From a virus (lineage: Duplodnaviria; Caudoviricetes), in the IMG/VR virus record IMGVR_UViG_3300037310_000612, positions 1 to 36,446 of that record: a stretch of DNA of 36,446 nucleotides; one strand, written 5' to 3'. The notes below the pieces were generated by a model. That model made no database searches and was not told the origin of the DNA. It saw nothing but the letters and a program-made list of their open reading frames with translations. This document shows positions 18,425 through 27,093 of the stretch, in pieces. How positions within the stretch are numbered: position 1 is the first letter of the stretch; every line of letters starts with the position of its first letter. The translations under genes and the position numbers were made by a program.

Positions 18425-18599
18425 TTTTATTTTCTCTATTCAAAGCCGCAAAATATAACGTAATTGTTGTCGTAAAAAGATCGATAGATTTGTATCTATT
18501 AGTGACATCTATCAAGCTAAAATACACAGCACCTGATAAAGCTAATATAGCTAAAATACTAGCTGTATTAGGAAATTTCATATTAAAATTTAACCCCAA
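18417..18599 (-). CDS. Small membrane protein, possible holin
   Basis: One or two hydrophobic helices and a charged C-terminus. Overlaps both neighbours. Confidence 0.45.
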   Translation of the reverse strand: MGLNFNMKFPNTASILAILALSGAVYFSLIDVTNRYKSIDLFTTTITLYFAALNRENKND

Positions 18600-19021
18600 T
18601 CATCATAAGAAAAAGACAATTCAAGCATTGAGGGATCGGAGCTATTTCGATCTAATTCTCCAAATTTCAATCTTGTAATTTTGCAATTATAAAGTGTATA
18701 AACTGTTCCGATAGTTGATCCATTAACATCAGATTTTACTGGGGTAATTGTAATGTTCAAATTGTCGGCATCTGTATTTTTCAAATAACTTAGCTGCTGG
18801 ACGAGATCGTTATCTTTCTCAATATCAAAAGGCTTGGTTAACGTAACATCTTCCAGGCTCGTCATTCCACCAGGTAGAGAGTAAGATCTGTTAGATTGTC
18901 CATCCGAATATTTACTTACACCTCTTGTTTCATTAATCCCTGAAAAAGTAGTAAAAAATGCAGATCTTCCTGCAATTGTTACTCGGTAATTTGCTTTGCT
19001 GATTGCTTTGATTTTTGGCAT
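18590..19021 (-). CDS. Tail tube protein (T4 gp19-like)
   Basis: FTTFSGI, LPG...DVTLTK, YTLYNC, ELSFSYD. Follows the sheath gene. Confidence 0.85.
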   Translation of the reverse strand: MPKIKAISKANYRVTIAGRSAFFTTFSGINETRGVSKYSDGQSNRSYSLPGGMTSLEDVTLTKPFDIEKDNDLVQQLSYLKNTDADNLNITITPVKSDVNGSTIGTVYTLYNCKITRLKFGELDRNSSDPSMLELSFSYDDWG

Positions 19022-19043
19022 ATCTGTAAATATTCTTTATATA

Positions 19044-20282
19044 TTATTGGTCGTTAGGTGGAACTTCAACTGGAGTAACTGTAGATTCTTGTGTGGTTGC
19101 TGAAAGAGCTGCTAAATATCCCAATGGTACTCTAGTACTGTAAACTAGTAATTTTTCTAGTGTTGGTACTGGTGCCGCGAAAACATCTAAGCGTAAATTA
19201 CCATCTTCTAAATCTAAAGCGGTATTGTTTGTTAAGTCGCAAACGCACAAAAATGCCTCTTGTGGCGTATTACCAAAAAACGCACCAGCTTGCCAGAGAC
19301 GGTGGCATATTTGTCTAGCCGTCTCGGCGATCCGTCCCATTAGGATGTTTTGTCCGTCAATCGCACTAAAAATATCTCCATCAAATGCACCCGCTAACGT
19401 TCTGTTCAGTACACTGAATATAATGCGCGTATTTATGAATTTGTAGTATGGATTTTTACTTAAGCTTCTGGAACCCCAAACTACTGGTCCGTATCCGTGT
19501 AAAATTCTGATTAAGTTAAGTCCTTGTGGATTAAGCGCAGTTTGATGGACTTGTGTGAATTTGTAATTCACACCTTTTACACCACGCAGAGCATACTTAA
19601 CTCCTGCTGGTGGTTGTTGTAGACCTTCTTTGGCGTAACGTGCCATAGCGATCCCCGCGACAGCAGCAGAGGGTGATACAGTATTATCTTCTAAATCCAC
19701 TAAGTATGGTGCGAAAAGCGCTGTGTGACCCAAACCATCATAACCAATACCGTTATTTGCTATCTCAGTTAAGTAATTCGTAAAAGTATTGTAGGAATTA
19801 TTACCAAGTGTAGGTAATTTTATGTTGGGAAAATCAAGTAAGGCAACGAAATCTGTAATTTCAGCGATATCGCGTGCTTTATTATAAATATTTTGGATGC
19901 TATTTATATCTGCTAGTTCCCCTACTTCTGGTAAAAGTATAAATCCTAGCGGTAGGTTTTCGTCTGATGCTAATAGCTCTAATCCTTCAAAAAACGACGC
20001 ATCAGTATTATCAGGAACTTTGATAAAATAAAGTGCACCGTATGTTTTTGCATTAGCAAACCAAAGCTTTACTGCTGCTTCACAAGGAGACGCAAAAAAT
20101 ACGTTTATAAAATCTTCATAATTTACTACTTGGGTCAGCTCAAAGTCTTCCCCTTGTGAAGCAGTTCCTATCATATAAGTAGTGTAAAATTGCGCGATCG
20201 CTACAGGAGTAAATCCTCCTGACTGCTCAAAAATATAAGTCCCGGGTGCCGTCACACTTGACAACGGTATATTTGCAGGCAT
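19044..20282 (-). CDS. Tail sheath protein
   Basis: PGTYIFE, PSAAVAG, PPAG, LNPQGLNLIR, VWGSRSL, WQAGAFFG, AFLCVCD. Confidence 0.95.
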   Translation of the reverse strand: MPANIPLSSVTAPGTYIFEQSGGFTPVAIAQFYTTYMIGTASQGEDFELTQVVNYEDFINVFFASPCEAAVKLWFANAKTYGALYFIKVPDNTDASFFEGLELLASDENLPLGFILLPEVGELADINSIQNIYNKARDIAEITDFVALLDFPNIKLPTLGNNSYNTFTNYLTEIANNGIGYDGLGHTALFAPYLVDLEDNTVSPSAAVAGIAMARYAKEGLQQPPAGVKYALRGVKGVNYKFTQVHQTALNPQGLNLIRILHGYGPVVWGSRSLSKNPYYKFINTRIIFSVLNRTLAGAFDGDIFSAIDGQNILMGRIAETARQICHRLWQAGAFFGNTPQEAFLCVCDLTNNTALDLEDGNLRLDVFAAPVPTLEKLLVYSTRVPLGYLAALSATTQESTVTPVEVPPNDQ

Positions 20283-20293
20283 GTTTTCTTAAG

Positions 20294-20890
20294 TCACTCC
20301 TTTATAAAATCTTTATCTAACTGCGCCTCGACAACGCTCACAGGGAACCTTATCGACCTATAAGTGCGGATGCTCAAAGACTTAAAGTCAACGTCAGGAT
20401 CTTCAGGGTTTGGTGGATTAATGTCAGGAAAATCCTCATCTTCTATAAGCACATCCAGGCTGAAACTTAATCCTCCAGTTACCAACCAATCATCAAACTC
20501 TTCACCATCTCTTGTTATTTGTATTAAATCTTTGTTAATTAATCCTTTCGCACTAGTAATATCCTCATTAAATCCACTCCATTGTTTCTCAAAGTGCCTA
20601 TGTATTTGTAGTAATAAGCCTTCTATCTGATTGATAGGTATTTCTACCTCTATAGATCTTGAACCTTCAAATCTATAAGTTATAAAAAAATCAAATATTA
20701 ATCTGGTAGTGTCCCTATCTTTAAAGTAGTCAACTGCTTTTACTCGTACTGTTTGTATTGTATTGGTTGGATAAAGCTTGTTATTTATTTCTGTATAAAG
20801 CGCTTCTGGTGTGTCTATCGACCATTTATCCAATCTTGTTTCTTTTTCAAGCCAATTCTCTAACTGTGTCCGTAACTCTGTAAATTTCAT
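20294..20890 (-). CDS. Putative tail terminator
   Basis: Position immediately upstream of the sheath gene. Confidence 0.5.
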   Translation of the reverse strand: MKFTELRTQLENWLEKETRLDKWSIDTPEALYTEINNKLYPTNTIQTVRVKAVDYFKDRDTTRLIFDFFITYRFEGSRSIEVEIPINQIEGLLLQIHRHFEKQWSGFNEDITSAKGLINKDLIQITRDGEEFDDWLVTGGLSFSLDVLIEDEDFPDINPPNPEDPDVDFKSLSIRTYRSIRFPVSVVEAQLDKDFIKE

Positions 20891-20999
20891 ACAATATAGT
20901 TAAACTTTTTGTTACTTTTACGTTAATTGTTCTAGCGCTATTTATAAAAAACATATTAAACTAGCAGAGTATATTACGAATTATTAACATATTTTTATA

Positions 21000-21299
21000 A
21001 TGACCGAACCTAATCAAACACTTGATTTTTTAAAACAAATCGAACCATATACAAGTGTGGGCACAATTTCCCTACTAACTTGGTTAATGGGAAAGATCAA
21101 TAAACTGGAAAAATTTTTTGACACTGTAGTTTCTTCAGCTCGATTAGGTAAGGCTACCGTAGTAATTGCACCAGATGGTAAACCAGCTATGCGTATAGTT
21201 ATCGTGGGTCCGTCGCATAAGTATAAAAACAATCTAACTAACGATACCGAAGAATGGATCGAAGAACCAACAGACAAAGTATTCGATCTTGATATCTAA
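21000..21299 (+). CDS. Hypothetical protein, possible lysis accessory
   Basis: 99 aa with a weak hydrophobic stretch. Upstream of the endolysin. Confidence 0.45.
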   Translation: MTEPNQTLDFLKQIEPYTSVGTISLLTWLMGKINKLEKFFDTVVSSARLGKATVVIAPDGKPAMRIVIVGPSHKYKNNLTNDTEEWIEEPTDKVFDLDI

Positions 21300-21304
21300 C
21301 TATG

Positions 21305-21362
21305 TGGTCACTTTTTTGTATTAAACATAGCGCGCTATATATTAAATACAAAAAAGTGACCA
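21305..21362. repeat. Dispersed palindromic element R5
   Basis: TGGTCACTTTTTTGTATTAAACATAGCGCGCTATATATTAAATACAAAAAAGTGACCA; symmetry extends to 21301-21366. Confidence 0.95.
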
Positions 21363-21408
21363 CATAACTCTATGTGCATGCGCAATTATAGATAGAGATT
21401 AATTAGAT

Positions 21409-22107
21409 ATGGCAATAGATTTAAATTTAAAACCACCTAAAAATAAAGAACGAGAATATAAAGCTGAAGTAAAAAAAATTCAAGAAGCACTAAAAAATCA
21501 CAGTTATTACTTAGGTGCTATTGATGGCATTGTAGGCGACCAAACATTAAAAGCTCTAGCGGCTTTCAAGAGAAATAACAATTTACAATATCCTACTGTA
21601 GTTGGTGATACTACCTGGGAAAAATTAAATGATTTATTCTCTAAACAAAATCAATCTTTTCTATCAGATATTGATCGTATAAAACAAGAATGTAACGATC
21701 AATTAATTACTGATAAAAGGCAAATAGCTTATATTTTAGCCACAGTGAGGCACGAAACTGCTGGCACATACAAACCAATTGAAGAATACGGAGGGCGTAC
21801 TAAAAGATATGCTCCGTATTATGGAAGAGGATATGTTCAGTTAACATGGAAGGCAAATTATAAAAAATATAGTGATATTATCGGAATTGATTTAGTAAAA
21901 GAAAAACACAGAGCCCTCGAACCTAATATTGCCGCTTTTATATTAGTGCACGGATTTAAAAACGGAACTTTTACAGGCGCAAAATTAGATCAATATATAA
22001 ATGATAAAAGATGTGACTTTTTGAGTGCAAGACGTATTATAAATGGGATGGATAAAGCTTCTTTGATAGCGGGCTACGCAAGACAATGGTTAGAAAAATT
22101 GGACTAA
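21409..22107 (+). CDS. Endolysin: peptidoglycan-binding domain plus GH19-type muramidase
   Basis: IDGIVGDQT...VVGDTTW PG-binding motif; AYILATVRHET, YYGRGYVQLTWKANY and ARRIING catalytic-domain motifs. Confidence 0.9.
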   Translation: MAIDLNLKPPKNKEREYKAEVKKIQEALKNHSYYLGAIDGIVGDQTLKALAAFKRNNNLQYPTVVGDTTWEKLNDLFSKQNQSFLSDIDRIKQECNDQLITDKRQIAYILATVRHETAGTYKPIEEYGGRTKRYAPYYGRGYVQLTWKANYKKYSDIIGIDLVKEKHRALEPNIAAFILVHGFKNGTFTGAKLDQYINDKRCDFLSARRIINGMDKASLIAGYARQWLEKLD

Positions 22108-22397
22108 CTTTTCCAATCGAACGAACAGAAAACGGCTCATTATTATTAAGTTATGGAGAAAAAGATCTAACAAGAGATGCAATTAGATCTGTTATTTTAA
22201 CAAAAAAAAGAGAGAGACTAATGCGACCAAGATACGGATCTCGTTATTCTATTTTTGATAATATTGAAGCAACAGAGATAGCAGAAGATATTGCTTCTCA
22301 GGTAAATGCAAATATAAAAATTACAACAGTACCAAACGATGAAGGTGAGCTGATAGTAAAAGTGTCTTATGAAGGTAAAACAATATGGCAGAGTTAA
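22086..22397 (+). CDS. Baseplate wedge gp25/gpW-like
   Basis: GLTFP and ILTKKRERLMRPRYGS. Confidence 0.85.
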   Translation: MVRKIGLTFPIERTENGSLLLSYGEKDLTRDAIRSVILTKKRERLMRPRYGSRYSIFDNIEATEIAEDIASQVNANIKITTVPNDEGELIVKVSYEGKTIWQS

Positions 22398-23530
22398 TAC
22401 CAGTTCCTACGCTAGATCCAAGAACTGAAGAACAGTTAGTAGAAAATTGTTTACTTAAAGTAGAAGAAGTTTCTAATGGCTTATTAAATGATTTTTCCCT
22501 ACATAGCCCTATAAGATCTTTAATTGAAGGGCAAGCTGTAGCAGGTGCAGAATTACTTTTTTACGTCAATAAATTACCTAAAGCGTTAGCTATTAAATTA
22601 TTAGAAATAGTAGGGTTAACTGTTAATGAAGGGGAGTATGCTACAGGACAGATTAAATTCACTTTATCTACCGCGATCGCATCATCGTGGACTTTACCTA
22701 ATAATTTCCTAGTAAGTAATAATGAGCATAATTTTTATACAACAGAATCTGTAACTATTCCTGCTGGTGAAACTTTTGGTTACGCTAATATAAAAGCCGA
22801 AAATAAAGGACAAGCTTATAATTTACCAAAAAATTCAGTTAATAGTTTTTTTGTACCACTTACGTATCTACAATCAGTAACTAATGAAAATTCAATAACT
22901 GGAGGAGACGATCCTGATACGGAATACGAGATTGTGGAAAACGCAATTGAATTTATTAGGTATAGAAATCTTGTGGTCACAAAAGCCGATTATGAAAATT
23001 TAATCAAATCTTTAACTACAGGAAGATTTATTGTAATTCCTTTGTTAGGTTATGATAAAATTTCCAAAGAATTAGGTGCTGTGCACCTTTTTGTATTATT
23101 AAAAGATAGATCTTTACCAGACAATAATTATTTGCAAAATTTAAAAGAATCTTTAAGTAATAAAGTTGCTCTTGGATCGCAAGTTTATGTTTCTCCAGTC
23201 CAGCTTGTTGATGTGAATTTATCTATTTTTTGTAAAATAAAAGACGACAGAAATAAAACAGATATTAGTTTAGATATTTTTAATAATCTAAATAACTACT
23301 TAGATCCTTTAATTTATAATGAAAAAGAAAACATATTAATTAGCGAATTAGAGTATCAGATTAGAAGAGTTGAGGGATTACAATATGTACAAGCCGTTTT
23401 AATTAACAATAACGCTAATAATTTCATACTTCCTAATAAATATTCCTTACCAAAACTAACAACAGTTGATATAAAAATGACTGATGATAACGATATAACT
23501 TACGATTATATTTATGAGACAAATTTTTGA
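22385..23530 (+). CDS. Baseplate J-like protein
   Basis: PTLDPRT, GQAYN, TGGDDPDT, VVTKADYE. Confidence 0.9.
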   Translation: MAELIPVPTLDPRTEEQLVENCLLKVEEVSNGLLNDFSLHSPIRSLIEGQAVAGAELLFYVNKLPKALAIKLLEIVGLTVNEGEYATGQIKFTLSTAIASSWTLPNNFLVSNNEHNFYTTESVTIPAGETFGYANIKAENKGQAYNLPKNSVNSFFVPLTYLQSVTNENSITGGDDPDTEYEIVENAIEFIRYRNLVVTKADYENLIKSLTTGRFIVIPLLGYDKISKELGAVHLFVLLKDRSLPDNNYLQNLKESLSNKVALGSQVYVSPVQLVDVNLSIFCKIKDDRNKTDISLDIFNNLNNYLDPLIYNEKENILISELEYQIRRVEGLQYVQAVLINNNANNFILPNKYSLPKLTTVDIKMTDDNDITYDYIYETNF

Positions 23531-24095
23531 TAGATTACCAATTGACGGTTATCAGAATAACGAAAACGTAGATTGGTTAACTGTTTTTTGGGATGATTTA
23601 ATCGATTACTTAAAAAGTGATATTTGCGATGATTATTTTCCGAAGCAATTAAACCCACTAGACTGTGAGCCTATATGGCTTGATTACCTAGCACCTTTGT
23701 TAGGGTTTAGTTCAAAATATTGGAAAACAAACTGGGAAGTTTTAACTAAAAGAAAAATATTAGAAAAAGCAAATTGGATACATAGTAATAGAGGAAGTAG
23801 GAATGTAATAGAGTTTTTCTTAGATATATTTGTACCAAGTTCGTATATTTGGATATCTGATTATTTCAGAGCTGGGTTAACTGTATTACCAGGATTTATT
23901 GGCAATCTTAGTTTTCAATATTTTGTGATCATGCCTTTAAATTATGGTAGGTTATCTAATTTTTGGAAAGAGGGGAAAAAAATAATAGAAGATTACGCAC
24001 CAGCTTATACAGAAGGAATACTCTGTTATGACCAATTTTATGCAGGTATAAGTGCAGCAGGAGAACCAACTTTTTATGGCAATAGCATTGTGTAA
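23514..24095 (+). CDS. Baseplate/tail protein I-like
   Basis: WLDYLAPLLG...KRKIL...RGS. Follows gpJ. Confidence 0.8.
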   Translation: MRQIFDRLPIDGYQNNENVDWLTVFWDDLIDYLKSDICDDYFPKQLNPLDCEPIWLDYLAPLLGFSSKYWKTNWEVLTKRKILEKANWIHSNRGSRNVIEFFLDIFVPSSYIWISDYFRAGLTVLPGFIGNLSFQYFVIMPLNYGRLSNFWKEGKKIIEDYAPAYTEGILCYDQFYAGISAAGEPTFYGNSIV

Positions 24096-25515
24096 TATAA
24101 CAGGATTACTATTGGATAGTGGTGGTTTTCCTGCATCTGGTAATTTAATTTTTAAACCTAGTGGACTGATATATAATAGCAACTCAGTAATTGTAAAATC
24201 ACACGTATTCTTGATAGAAAATGGGCAAATTAATATATCAGTCCCTGAGAGTGAAACTTCAGGTATCACTTATGAAATATACTTTCAAGGTCTTGAAGAA
24301 ACACCTACTGAATATTTTAGATTTTATTCAAAAGTACCTAACAAAAGTACAATGGAGTTTGTTGAGTTAATTCCGTCAGGAATATCAGCAAATAATTATC
24401 AAACAAGTATTAATGAGATCGTCAGAAGAATTTATTTATTGTTAGGAAATAGTGGAGGTATTGTTAATATGGGTGTTACTTATAAAGGTGCTTATAATAA
24501 TTTGATTGGTTATACTAAAGGTGATATTGTAGTATACCAAGGAACTACTTATTTAAATACTCAAGATACTGTACAGACTGGGGTATCCCCTGAGCCTCCA
24601 AATGCGACTTGGGGCAAATTAGGTATTACAGAAACACCAGTAATTAGTGTTGCTGGAAAAACTGGTACCGTAGTACTTGAAAGTGCAGATATTGATACTA
24701 CGGACAATTCAAGAAAATTTATAACTAAATCTTTACTAAATAAACTAACAGGAATTGAAGCTAATGCAACAGCAGATCAAACACCTTTAGAACTTGTAAC
24801 TGCACTATCTTCTTTAACAGGAACTGATAGATTAGATGCATCTGCTATTAAAAATTTACCATCAGGTTCTGGTGGAAGTGTAGATAGCGTAAATGGTTTA
24901 ACTGGCGCTGTAATTCTTACTCCTGATAATATTGATGATAGTAACACTGTAGATAAATTTATTAGTACTTCAAATTTACTAAAATTGACAGGAATCGAGG
25001 CTAATGCAACAGCAGATCAGACACCTTTAGAACTTGTAACTGCACTATCTTCCCTAACAGGAAATGACAGATTAGATGCATCTGCTATTAAAAATTTACC
25101 CTCAGGTTCTGGGGGATCGTTGTATTATGCTGAATTTATGTCAGATTCCGTACAAAACGGAGCAGCTAATACTTGGGTACCAATTATTTATAATATTGCT
25201 TTAGAAAATAATATTGGTATTTCTTTTACTAATAATATTGATTTTATTATTCCACAAGCTGGAAAATATTATATATCTGTCCATTTAGCTGTAAATGCGA
25301 GAGAAAGAGGTTTCTTGAATTTAAAAAGAAATAATGGATTGATAGCTCAATGTTGGTCTGAAAGTCACGATTTTCACTTGCATAGGGAAATTAATATTAA
25401 TCAAAATGATTCGATTAGATTAGAGGTAAATTTTGAAACCGCTTGGGGAACTTATGTAAACCTTACAACTTATCCTGAATACATAAATAATATATCCTTC
25501 AAAAAAATTAACTAA
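24076..25515 (+). CDS. Tail fibre / receptor-binding protein
   Basis: CBM-like YTKGDIVVYQGTTY, SVAGKTG/SVNGLTG fibre repeats, internal 80-aa duplication and beta-rich C-terminus. Likely start is ATG 24076. Confidence 0.75.
   Translation: MAIALCNITGLLLDSGGFPASGNLIFKPSGLIYNSNSVIVKSHVFLIENGQINISVPESETSGITYEIYFQGLEETPTEYFRFYSKVPNKSTMEFVELIPSGISANNYQTSINEIVRRIYLLLGNSGGIVNMGVTYKGAYNNLIGYTKGDIVVYQGTTYLNTQDTVQTGVSPEPPNATWGKLGITETPVISVAGKTGTVVLESADIDTTDNSRKFITKSLLNKLTGIEANATADQTPLELVTALSSLTGTDRLDASAIKNLPSGSGGSVDSVNGLTGAVILTPDNIDDSNTVDKFISTSNLLKLTGIEANATADQTPLELVTALSSLTGNDRLDASAIKNLPSGSGGSLYYAEFMSDSVQNGAANTWVPIIYNIALENNIGISFTNNIDFIIPQAGKYYISVHLAVNARERGFLNLKRNNGLIAQCWSESHDFHLHREININQNDSIRLEVNFETAWGTYVNLTTYPEYINNISFKKIN
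24742..25116 (+). repeat. Intragenic direct repeat, about 135-bp near-identical core with 240-bp period
   Basis: 24742-24876 and 24982-25116 both encode KLTGIEANATADQTPLELVTALSSLTGxDRLDASAIKNLPSGSGG. Confidence 0.9.
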
Positions 25516-26597
25516 TGAGTAAATTAAATTTCGGACAAGGCACCGTAGTACCACCAGAATGGTTTAATTCTTTACAAGATATCCATTTTGATGGCGTAGA
25601 TCTAGATGGGCATTACCCAAGATTATCTGATGATTCTTTATCAACCGAACCAGGAAACATTAAACCTGAATGGCATCAATTTAGAGATGCTTTTAAGGTT
25701 ACACGGGATGGCTCTACGAATAATTATTTTGTTGCACCAGGAAGAGTCTCCAATGGTCGTGGGGAGCTTGTAGAATGGAGTTCCCCTAATCCCATTACAG
25801 TAGTTCCACCAACAAATGCACCGCGTAAATTTATTTATATTACTGCTGAAGATAGCAGTCCTGCTGTACGTGTTTCTGTTGGTGATTATGAGACAATTCC
25901 ACCAGGTGGGTTAGCGATCGCCTACATAAATGCCGATGGGAGCTGGGAAGATATACGTCCGCGCGGACGTACGTTATCCACGAATTATGGTAACACTCCC
26001 ACACAACCAGGAGGATCGAATACCTCTGTACCAATAGGCTCGTTACTTTTATGGCTTACTGATACCGCTCCAGCAGGTTGGTTGATATGTGACGGAAGTA
26101 TATACCCTACTGTGGATTACCCAGAGTTGTTTTCACTCATAGGATACAGCTATGGCGGTGTAGACGAGTATTTTCAAATTCCTGATTTTAAAGGAAGATT
26201 TCCCATAGGAAAAAGTGACACTTTACCTGGGGCAACAGCTTTGGCTGATGTAGGAGGCAATTACGAAATTGCACTTAATTTCGATCATCTACCAAATCAC
26301 TCTCACACAGTAACCGATCCTGGACATTCACACAGACTTTATGGTGGTACAGATACTGATTTTGAAGAAGAGCTAGTAGATGCTTTAAGCGATAACACTA
26401 TTGGTGGACCCGCAGGTGTTGCTGGCGAGCAAGGCGGTAATAAGGGGTATGTTTCAACAAATTCAGCAAATACTAAGTTTGTTGAAAACTCTCTAAGCAA
26501 CATTACACTTCAATCCACAGGACAAAGTGAACCTTTTAATATTTTGCCGCCTTTTCTGACTATAAATTTTATAATCTACGCTGGGAAAAACGTTTAG
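25515..26597 (+). CDS. Tail fibre protein with tail-collar domain
   Basis: PIGSLLLW...PAGWLICDG...YPELFSLIG...IPDFKGRFPIG, HxH motifs, and PPFLTINFII. Confidence 0.9.
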   Translation: MSKLNFGQGTVVPPEWFNSLQDIHFDGVDLDGHYPRLSDDSLSTEPGNIKPEWHQFRDAFKVTRDGSTNNYFVAPGRVSNGRGELVEWSSPNPITVVPPTNAPRKFIYITAEDSSPAVRVSVGDYETIPPGGLAIAYINADGSWEDIRPRGRTLSTNYGNTPTQPGGSNTSVPIGSLLLWLTDTAPAGWLICDGSIYPTVDYPELFSLIGYSYGGVDEYFQIPDFKGRFPIGKSDTLPGATALADVGGNYEIALNFDHLPNHSHTVTDPGHSHRLYGGTDTDFEEELVDALSDNTIGGPAGVAGEQGGNKGYVSTNSANTKFVENSLSNITLQSTGQSEPFNILPPFLTINFIIYAGKNV

Positions 26598-26677
26598 GCT
26601 CTTCAGCTATTCCTGGAAGACCAAAAAGATCAGCAGATCTCGATCAAGCCTTAGGAGAAGGCAAGATTCCCCCGAGC

Positions 26678-26980
26678 TCAGGAGGAAGAAATCGGGAAGA
26701 GCGGAAGAAGCCCAGCTAGGATCTCTGAGGTTTTATTCCAGAGCCAGTGCTCGCTCGAAGGCGAGCACGCGAACTTCCAGTCTAGATGATCTGGATCAAA
26801 TTCGACTTTCTTTGCTTTCCAGGCAAATACTTTGCCCAAGAGGGATTCTAAGAATTCGAGAGGGCACTCTGCAAGGCAAATCGTCTGCAAAGCTAGTTCT
26901 TTAGTCATTTGGAAATTGGTTTTCAAATCCGCATCAGGGGAAACAGACCAGAGATGGTGATCCCCATCACTGATCAACAA
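26678..26980 (-). CDS. Hypothetical protein (frame open to 27070; start uncertain)
   Basis: The RBS+ATG at 27074 is 1 nt out of frame with this ORF. Confidence 0.4.
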   Translation of the reverse strand: MLISDGDHHLWSVSPDADLKTNFQMTKELALQTICLAECPLEFLESLLGKVFAWKAKKVEFDPDHLDWKFACSPSSEHWLWNKTSEILAGLLPLFPISSS

Positions 26981-27093
26981 AAAACCAGCGCACTGCTCCG
27001 CTAAATAGCGGTGTTTTTTTTCCCACTTCTTGCGAATAGGTGACCAAATAAAGATTCGATAGTGTTCGGGTCATTTTTTTAATCCTCTTTTTT

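Noticed and set aside
24742-25116. Diversity-generating retroelement TR/VR pair
   Set aside because: Both copies are in frame within one gene, differences are mostly synonymous and not adenine-specific, and there is no reverse transcriptase.
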